The notes beneath the pieces are model-generated. The model searched no databases. It was not told where the DNA came from and saw only the letters and a program-made list of their open reading frames with translations. A stretch of 64,000 nt of DNA from NCBI GenBank assembly GCA_947627505.1, contig CANQWG010000003.1, forward strand, positions 5,504-69,503. Direction: 5' to 3'. The DNA is from an uncultured Bacilli bacterium. GTDB lineage: Bacteria > Bacillota_I > Bacilli_A > RFN20 > CAG-449. Made by a program: the position numbers and the translations under genes. Shown one piece after another: positions 62,739 to 64,000 of the stretch; position 1 is the stretch's first letter, and every line of letters starts with the position of its first letter.

Positions 62739-63196
62739 CACAATTCCTCACTATCAATCATCAAAGTAAAAGGTCCATCATTTACTAAACTAACTTCCAT
62801 ATCCGCTTGAAAAATTCCTTGAGCGATTGAACCTTTAAACTTCTCTTTTAAATACTCTAGTGATTTCAAGTACAAATCACGCGCTTCATCACTATTCATC
62901 GCCTTAACAAATGAAGGTCGTCGTCCCTTTTTAATATCCCCATAAAGAGTAAACTGCGAAATATACATGATTTCGCCGTTGATATCATCTAAAGAAAGAT
63001 TGGTTTTTCCCATTTGATCGGGAAATAATCTTAACGAAAGCACTTTATCGATCATTTTACAGGCGATAGTATAGTCATCGTGTTCTTCAAATCCCACAAG
63101 CAATAAAAAGCCTTTCCCGATTTTAGAAAAGACTTGTTTTTCAATTACAACTTCGGCTTCTTTTACCAACTGTAAAACGACACGCATAGTTTTCAC
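62738..63196 (-). CDS. dtd: D-aminoacyl-tRNA deacylase
   Basis: MRVVLQ...SQFTLYGD motif; 152-aa ORF. Confidence 0.9.
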   Translation of the reverse strand: MKTMRVVLQLVKEAEVVIEKQVFSKIGKGFLLLVGFEEHDDYTIACKMIDKVLSLRLFPDQMGKTNLSLDDINGEIMYISQFTLYGDIKKGRRPSFVKAMNSDEARDLYLKSLEYLKEKFKGSIAQGIFQADMEVSLVNDGPFTLMIDSEEL

Positions 63197-63239
63197 CCGT
63201 TTATATTATAAACGAGTGAATTTAAAATCCCAAACAAAA

Positions 63240-64000
63240 CTAAAGATTTTGCTTTTTATGTGCTGACTCTCGCACAAAAACGTTTTTAAAACTGCGATAA
63301 TCAAACGGGCATAACGGATATAAATACGGAAGATTAAACACTTTGATTTGAACGAGATACAGAAATAATATCGTCGTTGCAATTATGAAGCCAATAGTAC
63401 CAAAGATTGATGAAATTATTACTAATGCAATAGAAACAACTTTATTGGTAAGCGACAATTCGTAACTTGGAGTCGCAAAGCCGCAGATAGCGCTGATTGC
63501 TACGAATAGCAAGATTTCCGGTAAGAATAAACCTAAATCCATCGATACTTGTCCTAAGATAATCGCCGCGACTAACGATAACGCGGATACTAAAGAACTC
63601 GGAGTGTGAATAATCGCGATTCTAAAGATTTCAATCAATAAAGTCGCCGCTAAGACCTGAAGTAAAATGGGTGTTTCCGATTCATTTGAAACCGCAAAAT
63701 TTACGCCATTTGAAAACTCGTTATTCGTTACTAGACATAGCCATAAAGGAATCAAAAACAAAGATACGATTATGGCGACACTTCGTAAAAAACGCGTAAA
63801 CGATCCGACTAAGGGAGTTTGACGATATTCTTCGACATGCTTTGAATGATCAACCAAAGTGATCGGTGTAATAATCGCGGTACTAGAAGTATCGACTAAG
63901 ATCAAAGCTTTGCCGTTGATGATTTGAATCGCCGCAACATCGGGACGTTCCGTGTAACGGACAAGCGGATAAGGAGACTTGATTTGTTTAAACATATTTT
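63240..64000 (-). CDS. GerA-family spore germination protein, C-terminal part (gene runs off the window edge)
   Basis: ERPDVAAIQIINGKALILVDTSS...YRQTPLVGSFTRFLR matches the conserved GerA core, followed by multiple TM helices. Confidence 0.6.
   Translation of the reverse strand, partial: NMFKQIKSPYPLVRYTERPDVAAIQIINGKALILVDTSSTAIITPITLVDHSKHVEEYRQTPLVGSFTRFLRSVAIIVSLFLIPLWLCLVTNNEFSNGVNFAVSNESETPILLQVLAATLLIEIFRIAIIHTPSSLVSALSLVAAIILGQVSMDLGLFLPEILLFVAISAICGFATPSYELSLTNKVVSIALVIISSIFGTIGFIIATTILFLYLVQIKVFNLPYLYPLCPFDYRSFKNVFVRESAHKKQNL

Overview
This is a 64-kb chromosomal window from an AT-rich, standard-genetic-code, low-GC Firmicute. Operon order (hemW-hrcA-grpE-dnaK-dnaJ downstream of lepA), the CIRCE operator, and a GerA-family germination protein fragment at the window edge point to a Bacilli/Erysipelotrichia-type, probably spore-forming organism. 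About 60 genes are visible. Housekeeping: hrcA-grpE-dnaK-dnaJ with a textbook sigmaA promoter and CIRCE, lepA, typA/bipA, rnj, degV, ktrAB, tRNA-His (GUG, encoded G-1 and CCA), glpK, cysK-cysE, rimO, mnmA, dtd, ppiB, a NUDIX hydrolase, a DinG/Rad3-like helicase, hemW and a CPC-type heavy-metal P-type ATPase with a separately encoded HMA domain. Accessory content includes a tandemly duplicated ABC-2 exporter pair with a divergent TetR regulator, a lipoprotein island with a 1125-aa Big_2 lipoprotein and a paralogous family, a MoxR-DUF58-VWA (Bat-like) operon, an AAA(DUF4143) ATPase set in AT-rich repeat DNA, a very AT-rich orphan gene, a stand-alone MazF/PemK-fold protein with a long N-terminal extension, and a two-gene insertion in the conserved lepA/hemW locus. 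The most interesting region is 2.5-6.4 kb. It holds an Rrf2-headed five-gene operon in which a divergent sirtuin (QG where sirtuins have the catalytic HG, by eye) is translationally coupled to a macrodomain protein. This resembles the SirTM/macro reversible ADP-ribosylation module, but with unusual partners (PNPOx-like flavoprotein, tandem SnoaL-like protein) and without GcvH-L/LplA2. The operon is bracketed by a GC-rich 10-bp-periodic repeat array and a related 20-mer, and its promoter carries an ACTTGTA-N11-TACAAGT inverted repeat. No transposase, integrase, CRISPR or rRNA was found.
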